Both the position numbers and the translations under genes were made by a program. From positions 21,392,001-21,456,000 of the forward strand of contig NC_086109.1 in assembly GCF_963921235.1 (NCBI RefSeq): DNA of 64,000 nt, written 5' to 3'. The first letter of the stretch is position 1; the number at the start of each line of letters is the position of its first letter. This DNA comes from Mobula hypostoma. Its lineage: Eukaryota. Under the pieces are notes generated by a model. It was not told the DNA's origin. It did not search any database and saw only the letters and a program-made list of their open reading frames with translations. Positions 35,746 to 48,724 of this stretch are shown here, piece by piece.

Positions 35746-37817
35746 AAAGAGAAAGGTAAACTAGAAAAGTAGATGTCCTATGGATATCTTTCATATAGAG
35801 TTTGATCCAGGCAAAGTGGCTTCCTTTTGGCGGTATGCCTCCGACTTATATAGATTCTGGGTACTTATTGCTTTTATTGGCAGGAACTGATCAGTATGAT
35901 ATCTACTGTAACATATATACATCTATTATTCTACTGTTACACATTGGCTTGCTCAATAAACTTGCTGTGTATGAAACAAGACCTGCCTTGTAAGGTTGCA
36001 TTACTCATGGAAGAAGGTAAGGAAATGGAATGCTTTAATTCTGGGAATAATTGGGGCAGGGAACATTGCACCTTTTAAGGGAAATCAGATAAATATTTGA
36101 ATAGAGGATGATTCAAGGCTCTTTGGAGATCACAGGGCAGGTTTAATGTTGCATCACTCTCACAGTGCCGAATGGACTGTGGTTATAAATGTTGCTGATT
36201 CTATTTCCTAGGCCAGCACTGAACTTAGAGGCAGATTTTTCTGCCCGTTCCCCTTCGCTCCCTGTCAGAAACTTAACTGTAAGCCAATGAAAATACCCCC
36301 GAGAATGTGAGCAGCTCAGATTTGCTTAAGTAAGTAATGTAAAAATCCAGAACATCTCTTCCATGAAGGGAAAGATAGGAACAAAACAAAAATATAGCAT
36401 CAAATAGATACGATCTCATCAATGCTCCATATTTTGTTTCATCCGTTTCTGTCCAGGCCTCGGATTGAAATAGATGAACCTGGTTGGGGAAACTTTGTTT
36501 TGAGAATTTTTTTTATCACAAAAAAAGTTATTGCGCACTGACATTTTGTTAATTTCCCATGTGAATACAGATTAGATCAGAACTCCAGTCATGGTGCCTA
36601 AGTAAGAACCAAAAGATTGATCATGCAATCTGCAGACATGCACACCATGAACATTAGCTTGCTGGAAGATGTCCTGTGGACTATATGAAGGTTACTTGCT
36701 CCAGATTCCCAAACAATATTTATTCCTCTCTGTCTCACCCATACTGCCCCAGCTTGCCTGTGATAAATGCCTGTCCCCTATGGGTGGGGAGAGGATTTTT
36801 TTGCAGCAAAGGTGCAGCTATACTCAATCACCTTTTTTCCTTCTGTATCTCCCCCTGCACAAAAGGACCATTAGTGTGGTAGATCATGTAAAATTAGTAG
36901 GACGAACTACTGTCACACCAGACAGGTAGCCGTTTATCTTGTAGTGCAGGCAGATTGTTGCCTTAACAGATCACGAGGCAAAAGTAAATCACACCAGACT
37001 TCACACAAAAGAAATAGCTAGATACTTAAGAGCCATTCTGAAAGGCAATTCAGCCTGTCAGAGAATTAAGCTGCCTATAAAATCTGGTCAGTGGATAATC
37101 GGCCTCTCTTTTGGACAAGTATGGAATAAGAGAATTTTTTTAAATTCTCCCTGTGCTTCTTGAAGCCTGTAGGGGAAAAGCTTGTCATTAATCCTATACG
37201 GAATGCTGCTTTAGCTGCAGGATCTTCACTGAGGGTTCTACAAAGAGTTAAAAAAACAATTCAAAGGCAGAGGCTAGTTAAAGCAGCAGCCTATCAAAAA
37301 GAGGAAAGGCCTTGCACGTTCCTTCCCGAGAAATTGAACTTCATGGCAAAGATTAAACCTGCTAAGATCAAGGTTGATAACCTAACAGAACCTTGTTATA
37401 TATAACCAGATTATGGGAAGTTATTTTGAAGAATGTGACTGTCAGAAGTGTATCCTTGAGATGGGAGATTTCTCTCACAACTGATTAACACTCTGACACA
37501 CATGCTCGAGGTATTAAATGGAGAGCTCAATTGTTTCCAACATTTCAACTGAGTCAGCAGGACCTTATTCTTCTGCTGCCTTGACAGCCACATAGGAAGT
37601 GTATTAGATAAAGGTGCAACCAATAAATCAGGTTTATCAACTCTGCAAGCCATAAAAATCAGGTTTTGGATCATGGGGCATGAACCCATGATAGCATGAA
37701 GCCTTGATAATGAGAGAGAATGATGACAAGGAGGCTAGGTCAAAGAATGGCCCTTGATGAATATTTTGGAATATTTTCTGTTTCCTGCTTCAACTCTTAT
37801 AAATTCAAGTAAAAGTA

Positions 37818-38905
37818 TTCACTGGAATTCAGAGGAACGAGGGGTGACCTAATTGAAACCCATCAAATGGTGAAAGGCCTTGATAGGGTGGATGTGGAGA
37901 GGATGTTTGCTATGGTGGGAGAATCTAAGCATGGAGGACACAGCCTCAAAATAGAGAGGTGTCCTTTTAGAATGGAGATGAAGAGGAATTTCCTTAGCCA
38001 GAGAGTGATGAATCTGTTGAATTCTTTGTCAGAGGCAGCTATGGAGGCCAAGTATTTACATATGTTTAAGGCAGAGGTTGATAGATTCTTGATTGGGCAG
38101 GGCATTGGAAAGCCCAGCAGTGTCTCTAATTTCAGCGAAGGCTGAGAAAAGTCCACCCCCCAGCCCCCCACCCATCCTCACCACATTCTACAGAGGATGT
38201 ATTGAGAGCATCCTGAGCAGCTGCATCACTGCCTGGTTCGGAAATTACACCATCTCAGATTGCAAGACCCTGCAGCGGATAGTGAGGTCAGCTGAGAAGT
38301 TCATCGGGGTCTCTCTTCCCTCCATTACAGACATTTACACCACACGCTGCATCTGCAAAGCAAACAGCATTATGAAGGACCCCACGCACCCTTCATGCAA
38401 ACTCTTCTCCCTCCTGCTATCTGGCAAAAGGCACCAAAGCGTTTGGGGTATCACGACCAGACTATGTAACAATTTCTTCCCCCAAGCCACCAGACTCCTC
38501 AATACCCAGAGCCTGGACTGACAGCAACCTACTGCCCTTTACTGTGCCTATTGTCTTGTTTATTATTTATTGTAATGCCTGCACTGTTTTGTGCACTTTA
38601 TGCAGTCCTGAGTAGGTCTGTAGTCCAGTGCAGTTTTCATGTTGTTTTATGTAGTTCAGTGTAGTTTTTGTATTGTTCATGTCGCACCATGGTCCCGAAA
38701 AACATTGTCTCATTTTTACTGTGTACTGTACCAGCAGTTATGGTCGAAATGGCAATAAAAAGTGACTTGACTTGCATGAAGGGATATGGGGATACGGTAA
38801 GAGGCTGGGGCTGAGAGGAAAATTGGATCAGCCATGATGAAATGATGGAGCAGACTCAACAGGCCCAAATGGCCTAATTCTGCTCCTATATCTTATGGTC
38901 TTATT
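37818..38905 (+). mobile_element. CR1 3' fragment interrupted by a Rex1/Babar 3' fragment (38106-38773, TSD gcat)
   Basis: CR1 KGLDRVDVERMFAMVGES..; Rex1 FYRGCIESILSSCITAWFGN..KDPTHP ending aataaaaagtgacttgactt; CR1 resumes gaagggatatgg and ends tcttatggtctt. Confidence 0.9.
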
Positions 38906-39649
38906 GTCTAAGTTCAATTTATTGGTATTTCAAACATACACATGTATACCACCAAAGGAAACAATGTTCTCCGGGATCAAGGTGTACAACGCAGTACATG
39001 TATATATCCAACCCGGCCAAGCCTCTCATGCTCCTTTTGGGTGTCAGAATGCTCAATTCGCTACCAAGTTGGTTGAATCCCACCCACTTCTACCAGGCTC
39101 TGCTCCAGCATCCAACAGCCCAGTCATTCTCCCTGAGTGCTAGAGTTGCTGGGCACTACTTTGGGCAAAGCTTAAACTCTTTGAAGATTGTAATAGCATG
39201 AACAAACTGATGTATGTGCCATCACCTGACAGGAATGCAATGTTTCAAAGTAAATTTATTATCAAAGTACATATATGTCACCATATACAACCCTGAGATT
39301 CATTTTCTTGCAGGCATACTCAACAAATCTATAATAGAATAATAACCATAATAAAATCAATGAAAGACCACACCAGCTTGGGCATTCAACCAATGATATG
39401 TTTTGCGGCGTATTATAATTCCCAGACTCCCAGACTCAGTATTAATATTGGAAAGCCAGTCTAGATATTGTGTTTAATTCTCAGGAGTGAGACTTGAACT
39501 CTTAACCTCGCAGACTATAGAATAAGCGAAAGTCCCTGACATTGCTATTCCACTAACAGTGCCGCACAGACACATCCTTCAGTTCTGAATACCAAGGGGA
39601 TTAAGCACTGGGTGGTAATTCAAGTTGTAAGATGGTCAGCTATGAGCAC

Positions 39650-39779
39650 AAGAGATTGTGCAGATGTAGGAGATCCAAAGCAACAAACAAGAAGTGCTGG
39701 AAGAACTCAGCAGGTCAGGCAGCATCTGCGGAAAGGAATAAACGGTCAACGTTTCAGGCTGAGGCCATTCATCAGGAAT
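39650..39779 (-). mobile_element. Short Penelope terminal-repeat insertion ending at the hammerhead
   Basis: cacaagagattgtgcagatg...cggtcaacgtttcaggctgaggccattcatcaggaat; cagcta on both flanks. Confidence 0.75.
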
Positions 39780-42329
39780 AGCAGCTACACATGTAGCCTA
39801 TCGGGTCAGATGCACATGTTTACGCGTAAACATCTCATTAAATCCAAATAACAATACCTGCTTATGATAACAAGAGGAGATTCAGATTCATGTAGATGGT
39901 GACTATCAGGGACTTTCAGAATTTGTGTTCTCTGACATTGGATGACAAATATTAAAGTTAGCTGTCAGAAACATTGATGCATGTAATCAAGTCCATTACT
40001 GATCTGGAAAAATATTGATACCATCGATCCATGTAAATAAAGATGAACTGATTCATTCCCCATTGTAGATTTGAAACCCAATCAGATTTCCCTGTTTGAA
40101 ATATCAATAGTATGGATGGAGTCTTTTGCTCCATTGTTAATTCTCCCCCTCATCCTAGGATTAACTGTCTCCAATCCTTCAGGTTTATAACTGCATTTAC
40201 GGAAACTGATTCCAGATTCTTACCCTGCAAAGTCCAACCCTATGTCCCTGTGAGAGGTGGATATGGGTAAGGCCAGCCAACAGGGTTCTAGTGAAACAGT
40301 ATAGACCAATCCCCTGTACGATGGATACAATGGATTACAGAAACATTGATGAACTCCAACCATACTATTGACTTCAGAGGACGATGGAGTCGGGAGGCCA
40401 TTGATGGCCTATGTTCCACTGGGAGCTAAGGGTGCAAGTGAGTCCAGATTCCAGGTGGTTGCAAATGGTTTCTAGGGGATAATCGTCATGGCGCCTTGTT
40501 ATCACTACTCCTTGTCATTGTACCTGGTCCAAAAAAGTCACAGAATCAGCATAGACTTGATGGGCTGAATGGCCGAATTCTTCTCCTGTGTCTTCTGGTA
40601 AACGATCACCGCCAACAATGGAAAGGCAAGGCAGAGTCAAGCCAGAGTCAAGGTGAGTGGGTGCGAGGCAGAGTCGAAGCAGAGCCTGAGCCTATCCCTG
40701 AGAGCGAGGAAAGACCTGAGGTTTGATTGATTTAAGTGCAGGCCAAATTGGAAAGGGCGGGTATGGACTGAATCATGGTGACGGGATCCAAATCTCAGAG
40801 CGTATTGATGTTTGGACGATTTAAGCCCCGGGTCAGATTGAAAAGGTTATGGTGTCAGAACTAGAGGCAAGGGACAAGCAAATTCTGCTCGCTGCTCCAA
40901 AAAATTTACTTGGTCCTGCTCTGTGCTGAAATGAGTCTGTGGCCTGCCTCGACTGCAGTGATGCTGGCTTCATGTTTGTGAACAAGTAATGTTTACTTGG
41001 CTCTCTGCTGAACTAAGGCATGGCCTGCTCTGACTGTAGTGATGCTTGGCTTTGTGTCTTTTGTAAAACTTCAGTTCTGAATACTTTTTGCTTATTTTTA
41101 TTGTTTGCAAGATTTGTTTTCTTTGTGTCGTGGCTGCCTGTAAGGAGACAGACCTCAAGGCTGAATAACGTATACATAGTTTGAAAATAAATGTACTTTG
41201 AACTTTGAACTTTATGTTCACCTACATTAGAAAGAAAGGGTCAAATCAAGAAAGAATTAAGCTTGTAGGGAGCTTCGTTCCATTGTCTAGTAAACCAAGT
41301 TATGTAGCTCTGTAGCTGATTCAAAGGATTGGATTGTACCACTCATGTAAAATATTTTCTGTGTTTGTAGAACATATGTGGTGCCTTTCTGAATCTAGAG
41401 ACAATGTCTGTCCAAGATACTGTTGCCAGGGAGAAAACTTAGTATCATCTTACCGAAAGTGAGCATCAACTATGCCCAGTGTTTCCAAAGCAAACTTAAA
41501 AATACATTTTGTGACCTTCCTAGCCACCCCCTCCTTGTTACCCATGTCGTAAGTTTGAACAAAGTCACCGGGAGATTGCCCTAACAACCCACTGCCACCC
41601 CACCCATCATAACAATAAACATGGAACATTTATCTCACATCACTTTGATGTCTTCAGGACATTGTAAATATTTTACGATCGATAAGGAGAGAAAAGAGAT
41701 GTAGTTAATGTAATCAGATAAGAAATGCAGCAGTCAATCTGCCCTCAGCAATTTCTCCTCAAGTATTCCTGGTAACTCAGTGGCAATATTTTTGTCTCTG
41801 AATCAAAAGGGTGAGCGTTCAACCTCAAAAACAAAGAACTTAAGGTGTTGCCCCCCCCCCCACACACGCACATTCTAAGGGATTGGGTAATTGAGAACGC
41901 TGTCTCTCATGAGAAATGCATTCCCTCTCAGGCGCATGCAGAAAATAGCTTGAGACTGTTCAAAGGAGAGCAAAAGAATTTTCCTACAATATTGTGGCTG
42001 TTATTTGTCCTTCAGTCAAAATCATTTAAACAGTATAACCAGTAATTCATCTTGTTATTCTTAAGAAGTCCAATGGAACACAAGTTGGTTGTGCAGTTTC
42101 CTATATTGTATTTTCCAGTGGCATTGAAGAACTAGATAGTACTTACGACTGAGAAAACACAGCCTTGTGTTTACCCTGCTCTTCATCTCCCTTCCCCTAT
42201 TCTGCTTCTTTTCTTCCTCATAGGAATATTCTAGTTTTTCTTTAAATCCTTCTCTGCTTTTTGTGTTCACTGCCTGTGTGCTAGATTCCACATTCCAATA
42301 CTTCCTTGTCATTGGGTCCTTGGGGAGTG

Positions 42330-42905
42330 TGCTCCCTATCGATAACTGGGAAGAACCTGGTCATCAGGTGAGATGTGCTCCCAGGGCTGCTGTACTTGGT
42401 GCAGGTGGGGCCCTTCTCCCACTCCTCCAGCACGGGAATCACCAGAGCTGTCTTCAGGTTCATCTGGGGATGCACAATGGAGCTTCTCAGATGGATCACG
42501 ATGCCCAAGTCGCAGAAAACCGGCGGGGGGGGGGGGACAACTTTGTCTGCCCAAAAGTTGTCGGTCTGCCAGCTCATTGACTGGCACGTTCCAGATGCAG
42601 GAGTACGTGCTGAGGGACACACTGAAGCTTGGTACAGACACCTCAAGGGCTTGTTGGGGAAGGTCACAGTCTAGGGTTCTTCTCCTACTGGAGGCGAGCG
42701 GCCAGGTTGGGGGAGGAAGCCCCTCAATTATTGTAGCCGTAAACTACCCCAGAGTGCCACATGAGCACCAGCAGTGCTATTGACATGCGTGAGTGCAACA
42801 GAACAGTATGGGAAGCATTGACTATGAATGTAAAGAGTGAAAAGCCATTGAATGGTTCATTCTTGTAAATTTTTTTTGTGAATTTGTGAAGTTTATTTTG
42901 CTTGA
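42330..42905 (+). mobile_element. Tx1/L1-clade LINE 3' fragment, internally deleted
   Basis: LLYLVQV..ITRAVFRFIWG..MPKS..GG then MQEYVLRDTLKLG..WG; second copy at 57790-58215. Confidence 0.7.
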
Positions 42906-43931
42906 AAAGAATCTTTTATGCTCACTCGAGAAGACTTGGATTTAACAGTTTTTTACAAGGTGAAGCTGTCCGCAGCACTATATCCATTCCATGCTGAACA
43001 ATGAACTAGGTATCATGCCCAGGTCTTTGGAATAGGACTTGAGTCCGTGAATTGAAAAACTAATGACCATCTTCACATAGAAAAATATGCCCGGTTGCAG
43101 CAGAGTCTTCCAATCCAGAATCAATCTCATCAACTATCTTAAAAAACACTTACAGCTATTACCAGGGGGACAATCACCAATAGGATTGCAGCTAGTTGAC
43201 AGTGTCTATGAACTGGGGATCAGAACCACTTGGAGTTCCTGATAGCTGTAGGGAGTTTTGTTTTGCTGTGTGATTCTGATACGTGCTATGTAAAGGACCC
43301 AGATGTTCTCTTCATCCGTGGCAAGGTAAGCGCTGCTTTTATGTCTAGAATATCTTGAGTCTCATGGTTTCTGTAACATTTCATTTTCATGAAAGAAAAA
43401 TGGAGGGCTATGTGGGAGGGAAAGATTAGATTGATCTTGGAGTAGGATAGAGGGTCGGCACAACAGTGTGGGCCGAAGGGCCTGTATTGTACATTACTGT
43501 TCTGTATCTCATCTTTATGAGACCAGACTGACTCAAACTCCTCTGCTGTGATAATCATCTGGATGAGACAGAGGCTGCATATCTATTGATTCCCCTCCTG
43601 TCTGATGTAATTAAACTGCTGGGTGTCAACCCGATATTCAGAAACTGGAAATCCCGAGAGCAGGCATTGAATTAATGTACAGCATTTCTTCCCTAACATG
43701 TCTGATTTCTACTACTGTCCCTCCTTTAAGATCCCCCTTAAAAATTATCTCTTTGACCAAGTCTTTATCACTTGTCATGGGGGCCAATGTCAGCCTGTGC
43801 GGGAAAATGCTCTTTTATATTTCTATGATACCAAAGGTCTAAGCCTGAAGTCTGGAAGTCAAGGTCCAATAGCTGAAGGCTGGAGACTAGAAACAGGAGG
43901 CCCATATGCCTGTCCTGTCCTGGAATTGGAG

Positions 43932-43962
<31 letters not shown>

Positions 43963-44729
43963 GTTTGTTGGCTGTTGTTTTGTTTTTGACAAAGATTCTA
44001 AATCTGAATCTTTGTCACAGTACAATTTGCTGTATAAACATTGGTTGCTGAAAATTCAGAACTGCAGTACATTAAAAAAATCTTTCTAAGATCCTCTGCG
44101 AGCTCCTTCTATTTACAATTATTGTTTCCATTAAATATTTTGCATAGCTGCAAATGATCGTTGTCTTGGATCATTTTGCAACAGCGCCAAATTTATGTCC
44201 TTAATACCCTAAGTTTCATGAAATAGCTGTACGCTAGTAGCTATGTTTCCCAGTATGATGTATATATTTTAATTCAGGTGGTGTAGTCCAGCCAAATGGG
44301 ACCAGGCTCTTTGACCAGATTGCCTGAAGCAATGAGACTTCAGAATCAAGTGAGTGACTGAGTGCTGCCATGGGAGAGAGAACTTCAAACAGTGCCGTTT
44401 ACTGCCCTTGTCAACTCTATATTGATTGGGGAACTCTACTGTGGAAACATCCTGGCTCTCCAAGAATTCCTGCTCCGCCTAAAATCTATTCGTATTAGAG
44501 AGCCATTAACTTGTCACTGGAGTTTCTCCTTAACTTCTCAATTACTTGGTGGACTTTAAAATTTTCCCTCAGTTTCAAATCTGTTTGTGAATTCTCCCAC
44601 TTTTTTTTATATTCCCGGCAATCCCCTTTGTCCTTACAATTCCTACAGTTTCCTTAGAACATAGAGGGCTTGGAGGTCAAGTTCACATCTATCCACCTGA
44701 TAGATCTCCATCCCAAATTAAGGCAATAT

Positions 44730-45135
44730 CAGTTATATCCAACCTGATTGCATGAATATCAATTTCTCCTCCAGTGGACAATCGCCACCCCCCCCCACCC
44801 CTGCTTTAATTTCCACTCTGACCTTTCATTTCTTCTCACTTGCCTATTATTCCCCCTGGGTCCCCTTCTCCTTCCCTTTCTCCTTTGGTTCACTTTCCTC
44901 TCCTAACAGATTCTTTCTTCTCCAGCCCTTGACCTTTCCCACCCACATGGCTTAACATATCATCTTCCAGCAAGCCTCTCTCCCCTCCCCATTATTCTGG
45001 CATCTTCCCCCTTCTTTCTCAGTCCTGAGGAAGGGTCTCGGCCTGAAACATCCACTGTTTTCTTTCCACAGATGCTGCCTGTACTGCTGAGTTCCTCCAG
45101 CATTTTGTGTGTGTTGTTTTGGATTTCCAGCATTT
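44730..45135 (+). mobile_element. Penelope-like 3' end with near-intact hammerhead (45020-45057)
   Basis: ccaacctgattgcatgaatatc (QPD.MNI); cagtc-ctgagga-agggtctcggcct-gaaac-atc-cactg. Confidence 0.85.
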
Positions 45136-45245
45136 ATCATGTTTGAGCTATATCTGTTATGCCTCAAAATTCAGCCCTTTGGACACCTAATGTTAAATGT
45201 TCAGTTTAGTTTTATAGAATCATAAAAACATACAGAACATAACAG

Positions 45246-45535
45246 AGCACGGTAGCATAGTGGTCAGCACAGTGCTTTACAATACCAGTGACCTGGGTTC
45301 AATTCCTGCCACTGATTGTAAGAAGTTTGTACGTTCTCCCTGTGACCACGTGGTCTTCTCCTGGGTCCTCTGGTTTCCTTCCACAGTCCAAAGACACACT
45401 GCTTGGTAGGTTAATTGTTCATTGTAAATTGTCCCGTGATTGGGCTCAGGTTAAAATCAAGGGTTGCTGGGCGATGCAGTTTGAAGGGCTGGAAGGGCCT
45501 ATTCCTCTCTGTTTCACAATAAATAAATAAACAAA
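45246..45535 (+). mobile_element. V-SINE-like element
   Basis: gcacggtagcatagtggtcagcac head, gggttcaattcc B-box, V core, aataaataaa tail. Confidence 0.85.
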
Positions 45536-46139
45536 TATAAAGTTTTGGCCCACTTTGTACCTGCTGACCATGATACCTATTCACATAAACCCTATTTGTC
45601 CACATTCAAACTAAATGTTACCTTTCTTGCCTTTATGTATTTATAGCTTTTACGTCTTTCCTTCCAGTGTTGGATTAGGGTCTAGATTGTGTGTGTTCCT
45701 CAAGGTTTCTAGTATCTGCAGAATCTCTTGTGTTGAAATTGTTTTTCTTGTTTAGTTTGCAGTTTTAGCTTTCTTTACACTTGCTTATATGTTTGCATAA
45801 TCACCTGTTTATCTCTAAACTTTTAGTATCTTGTAGTATATTGCTTCTATACTTCTATGGTATGTTTATCTGCAAAACTGAAATGTAATCCAGACAGTGC
45901 CCTTTCATCGGCTGTTATCTGAAGATCTCCTTATCTAATCAGTCAGACTAGTTTGCAGTCGAAAGTGAGAGCATGAGGACAAGTTCCTTTGTAACTTTTT
46001 CCTTGCTCTACGTGCTGTTACAAGATCACACTACTTGACTAATAGTGTGATGAACATTGAATAAAATCACTGTAACCACAAGATTTACATCTCATTCTTG
46101 ACGTTCAAAGAATTTTCTGGACAAGATCATCTCCAGACC

Positions 46140-47030
46140 AAACATCAAGTACTTGTCCAAATCCCTTTTTGATGCTGTAATTGGATCTGTCTCCATCACC
46201 TCTTCTGCCAGTTCTTTCCCGATATTGACTGCTGTCTGTATAAAAAACTTACCCCTCAGATCTCCTTTAAGTTTCACCTTTCTCGCCGTAAACCTGGTCC
46301 TTGGGAGAAAAATTCTGACTACCTACCCTAACTATAGTACTGTGCAAAAGTCTTAGGCATCCGAACTAAATATATGTGCCTAAGACTTTCGCACAGTACT
46401 GTATGCCCTACATAATTTATAAATGGCATTAAAATCAGCCCTCCTAGGTTCCACTGAGCATAAACTCAGACTATCCAATCTCTGCTTATAATGACTGATC
46501 TCTATTCCACGCAACACTCTGGTGAACCTCTTCTTCCATCTCTCTAATGCTACAATATCCATCCTGTAGTACTGGAATCAGAACTGCTCCACCGGGAGCT
46601 GTGTGACATGGCTTCCAGGCTGGATTTGGTTCTGCCCACTTCCCAGTGTTTGCTCAGCAGAAGACAAGCTCTTTTGCAGCCAACTGCAGATTTCTTTGGC
46701 ACTGATAGACTTTTTTATTGCATGGTTGTATCTTACTGATATCTTTATGTTCTAGCCATGTGTGCTTTGTGCTGCGTGTGATTGTTGGCACTGTGTTTTG
46801 CACTTTGACCATGGAGTAATGCTATCTCGTTTGGCCGTATTCATGAATATTCATGTATGGTTGAATAGCAATTAATCTTGTATTGAATTGAATATTGCAA
46901 ATGCAGTCTAACCAGTGATTTGTACAACTGCAACACAATGTCCCAAACCTCATACTCAATGCCTTGGCCCATGAAGGCAAGCATACCAAACACTCCTCCT
47001 ACTACCTTATCCACCTGTGTGGCCTCTTTC
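46140..47030 (-). mobile_element. Old CR1 3' fragment with nested insertions
   Basis: DIVALERWKKRFTRVLRG and VLQLYKSLVRLHLQY frames; interrupted at 46335 and about 46590-46890. Confidence 0.75.
46335..46401. mobile_element. 67-bp Tc1/mariner-type MITE (TIRs only)
   Basis: agtactgtgcaaaagtcttaggca / tgcctaagactttcgcacagtact inverted arms, TA on both sides. Confidence 0.85.
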
Positions 47031-47049
47031 AACTTATTACCACATAATT

Positions 47050-47592
47050 GGTCTCCCTATTTAAGAAAGGATGTGCTGATATTGGAGAGGGTACAGAGAA
47101 GATTCACTAGAATGATTCCAGGAATGAGAGGGTTAACATATGAGGAACGTTTGTCCGCTCTTGGATTGTATTCCTTGGAGTTTAGAAGAATGAGGGGAGA
47201 CTTCATGGAAACATTTCGAATGTTGAAAGGCATGGACAGAGTGGATGTGGCAAAGTTGTTTCCCATGATGGGGGAGTCTAGTACGAGAGGGCATGACTTA
47301 AGGATTGAAGGGCGCCCATTCAGAACAGAAATGCCAAGAAACTTTTTTAGTCAGAGCGTGGTGAATCTATGGAATTTGTTGCCACGGGCAGCAGTGGAGG
47401 CCAAGTCATTGGGTGTATTTAAGGCAGAGATTGATAGGTATCTGAGTAGCCAGGGCATCAAAGGTTATGGTGAGAAGGTGGGGGAGTGGGACTAAATGGG
47501 AGAATGGATCAGCTCATGATAAAATGACGGAGCAGACTCGATAGGCCGAATGGCCGACTTCTGCTCCTTTGTCTTATGGTCTTATGGTCTTA
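47050..47592 (+). mobile_element. Young CR1 3' fragment with open RT C-terminus
   Basis: Stop-free WSPYLRKDVLILERVQRRFTRMIPG...GIKGYGEKVGEWD (ORF 46920-47495); (tcttatgg)n tail. Confidence 0.95.
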
Positions 47593-48201
47593 ATTCTGTT
47601 CTGCCCTTTGGTTTAAATGAAGCTCCCAGATCTTGATTTAATTTTCAAGTTTGTTTCATTAAATATATTTTTAAAAACCCTTAATTAACATGTCCTGCAT
47701 ATGAGCCAGTGTACTGAGTCCCATTAGAGAATATCAAGGGTTGTACAATACAACCAGAATAATGTGCTCACATCTAATGAATCTGCATTGTTAATGGACT
47801 CACTCCAACAGATGTAATCAGAATGATTAGGGCTTTTAAAGATATGATAAAGTTCTGATATAAAATTCATTTTGTCTGAGACATGAAATACGAGTTACTG
47901 GCCATGGAGCACTGTCACAGGGAGCAGTTTCTGGAAAGACGGAGGACATGATTGTAACGTTGCAGCCTACGAATTGAAACTAGTACCTCCATATTGCTCA
48001 TTGCCTTCCACAAATCTTCTCTAATGTCTCCTATAATGCATGAGGAGTGTTTTATGGCTCTAGTCCTGTACTCGCTAGAATTTAGAAGAATAAGAGGTGC
48101 ACCTCATTTAAACCTGTTGAATATTGAAAGGCCCAGTTAGAGTGCACATGGAGAGGATGTTTACTATCGTGGGGAAGTCTAGGACCAGAGTGCACAGCCT
48201 C

Positions 48202-48554
48202 CGCATCTTCAGGAACGCGCCTTACCGCCGGGGACGTATGCTTATTGATCGGAGATCCTGACAGCTGAAGGAGTCTCCGACCTCTGCCCAGTGCAGGAGG
48301 TCTGCTCGGTGAACTGGGATCTGCTGCGGCCTGTCGAGCCGTTGGATGTATCTTCTGCTGTAGGGGGTGTATCCGGGGCGGCGGCGGGCCCTGACAGAGT
48401 CAGCGTTGACCAACTTCGTCGGATGGACCCCTCGTTCCTGGCGGCCTATTACAATACCATCTTGTGTCTGGCTGAGCTTCCCTCCCTCCATAAGCATTCC
48501 CGGATCACCATGGTGCCCAAGCACTCCGGGGACCTGTCCTCACCTTCCGATTTC
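48202..48554 (+). pseudogene. R2-type (RLE-class) retrotransposon RT N-terminal fragment
   Basis: Frame PPGTYAY*SEILT..WDLLRPVEPLDV..AAGPDRVSVDQLRR..LAAYYNTILCLAELP..SRITMVPK..PSDF follows the R2 pattern YW..(I/V).T..W..I...D..PGPDG..N.IL..LP..R..PK..P.DFRPI; strongly GC- and CpG-rich. Confidence 0.75.
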
Positions 48555-48724
48555 CCTTGCAACCCCATTCTCCTGCCTTCTCCGCATAACTTTTATGTGG
48601 AGACATCCCTGTAGGGCAGAGATGAGGGGGAATTTCTTTAGCCAGAGGCTGGTGAATCTGTGGAATCTATTGTCACTGGTGGCTGTGGAGGACAGGTCGC
48701 TGAGTATATTTAAAGAAGAGGTCG

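Noticed and set aside
43296..43325. 30-nt plus-strand microexon DPDVLFIRGK
   Set aside because: Strong donor gtaagc but weak aag acceptor; too short to support without RNA data
46920..47495. 191-aa ORF as a host gene
   Set aside because: Antisense old CR1 fused by chance to a young CR1 RT C-terminus
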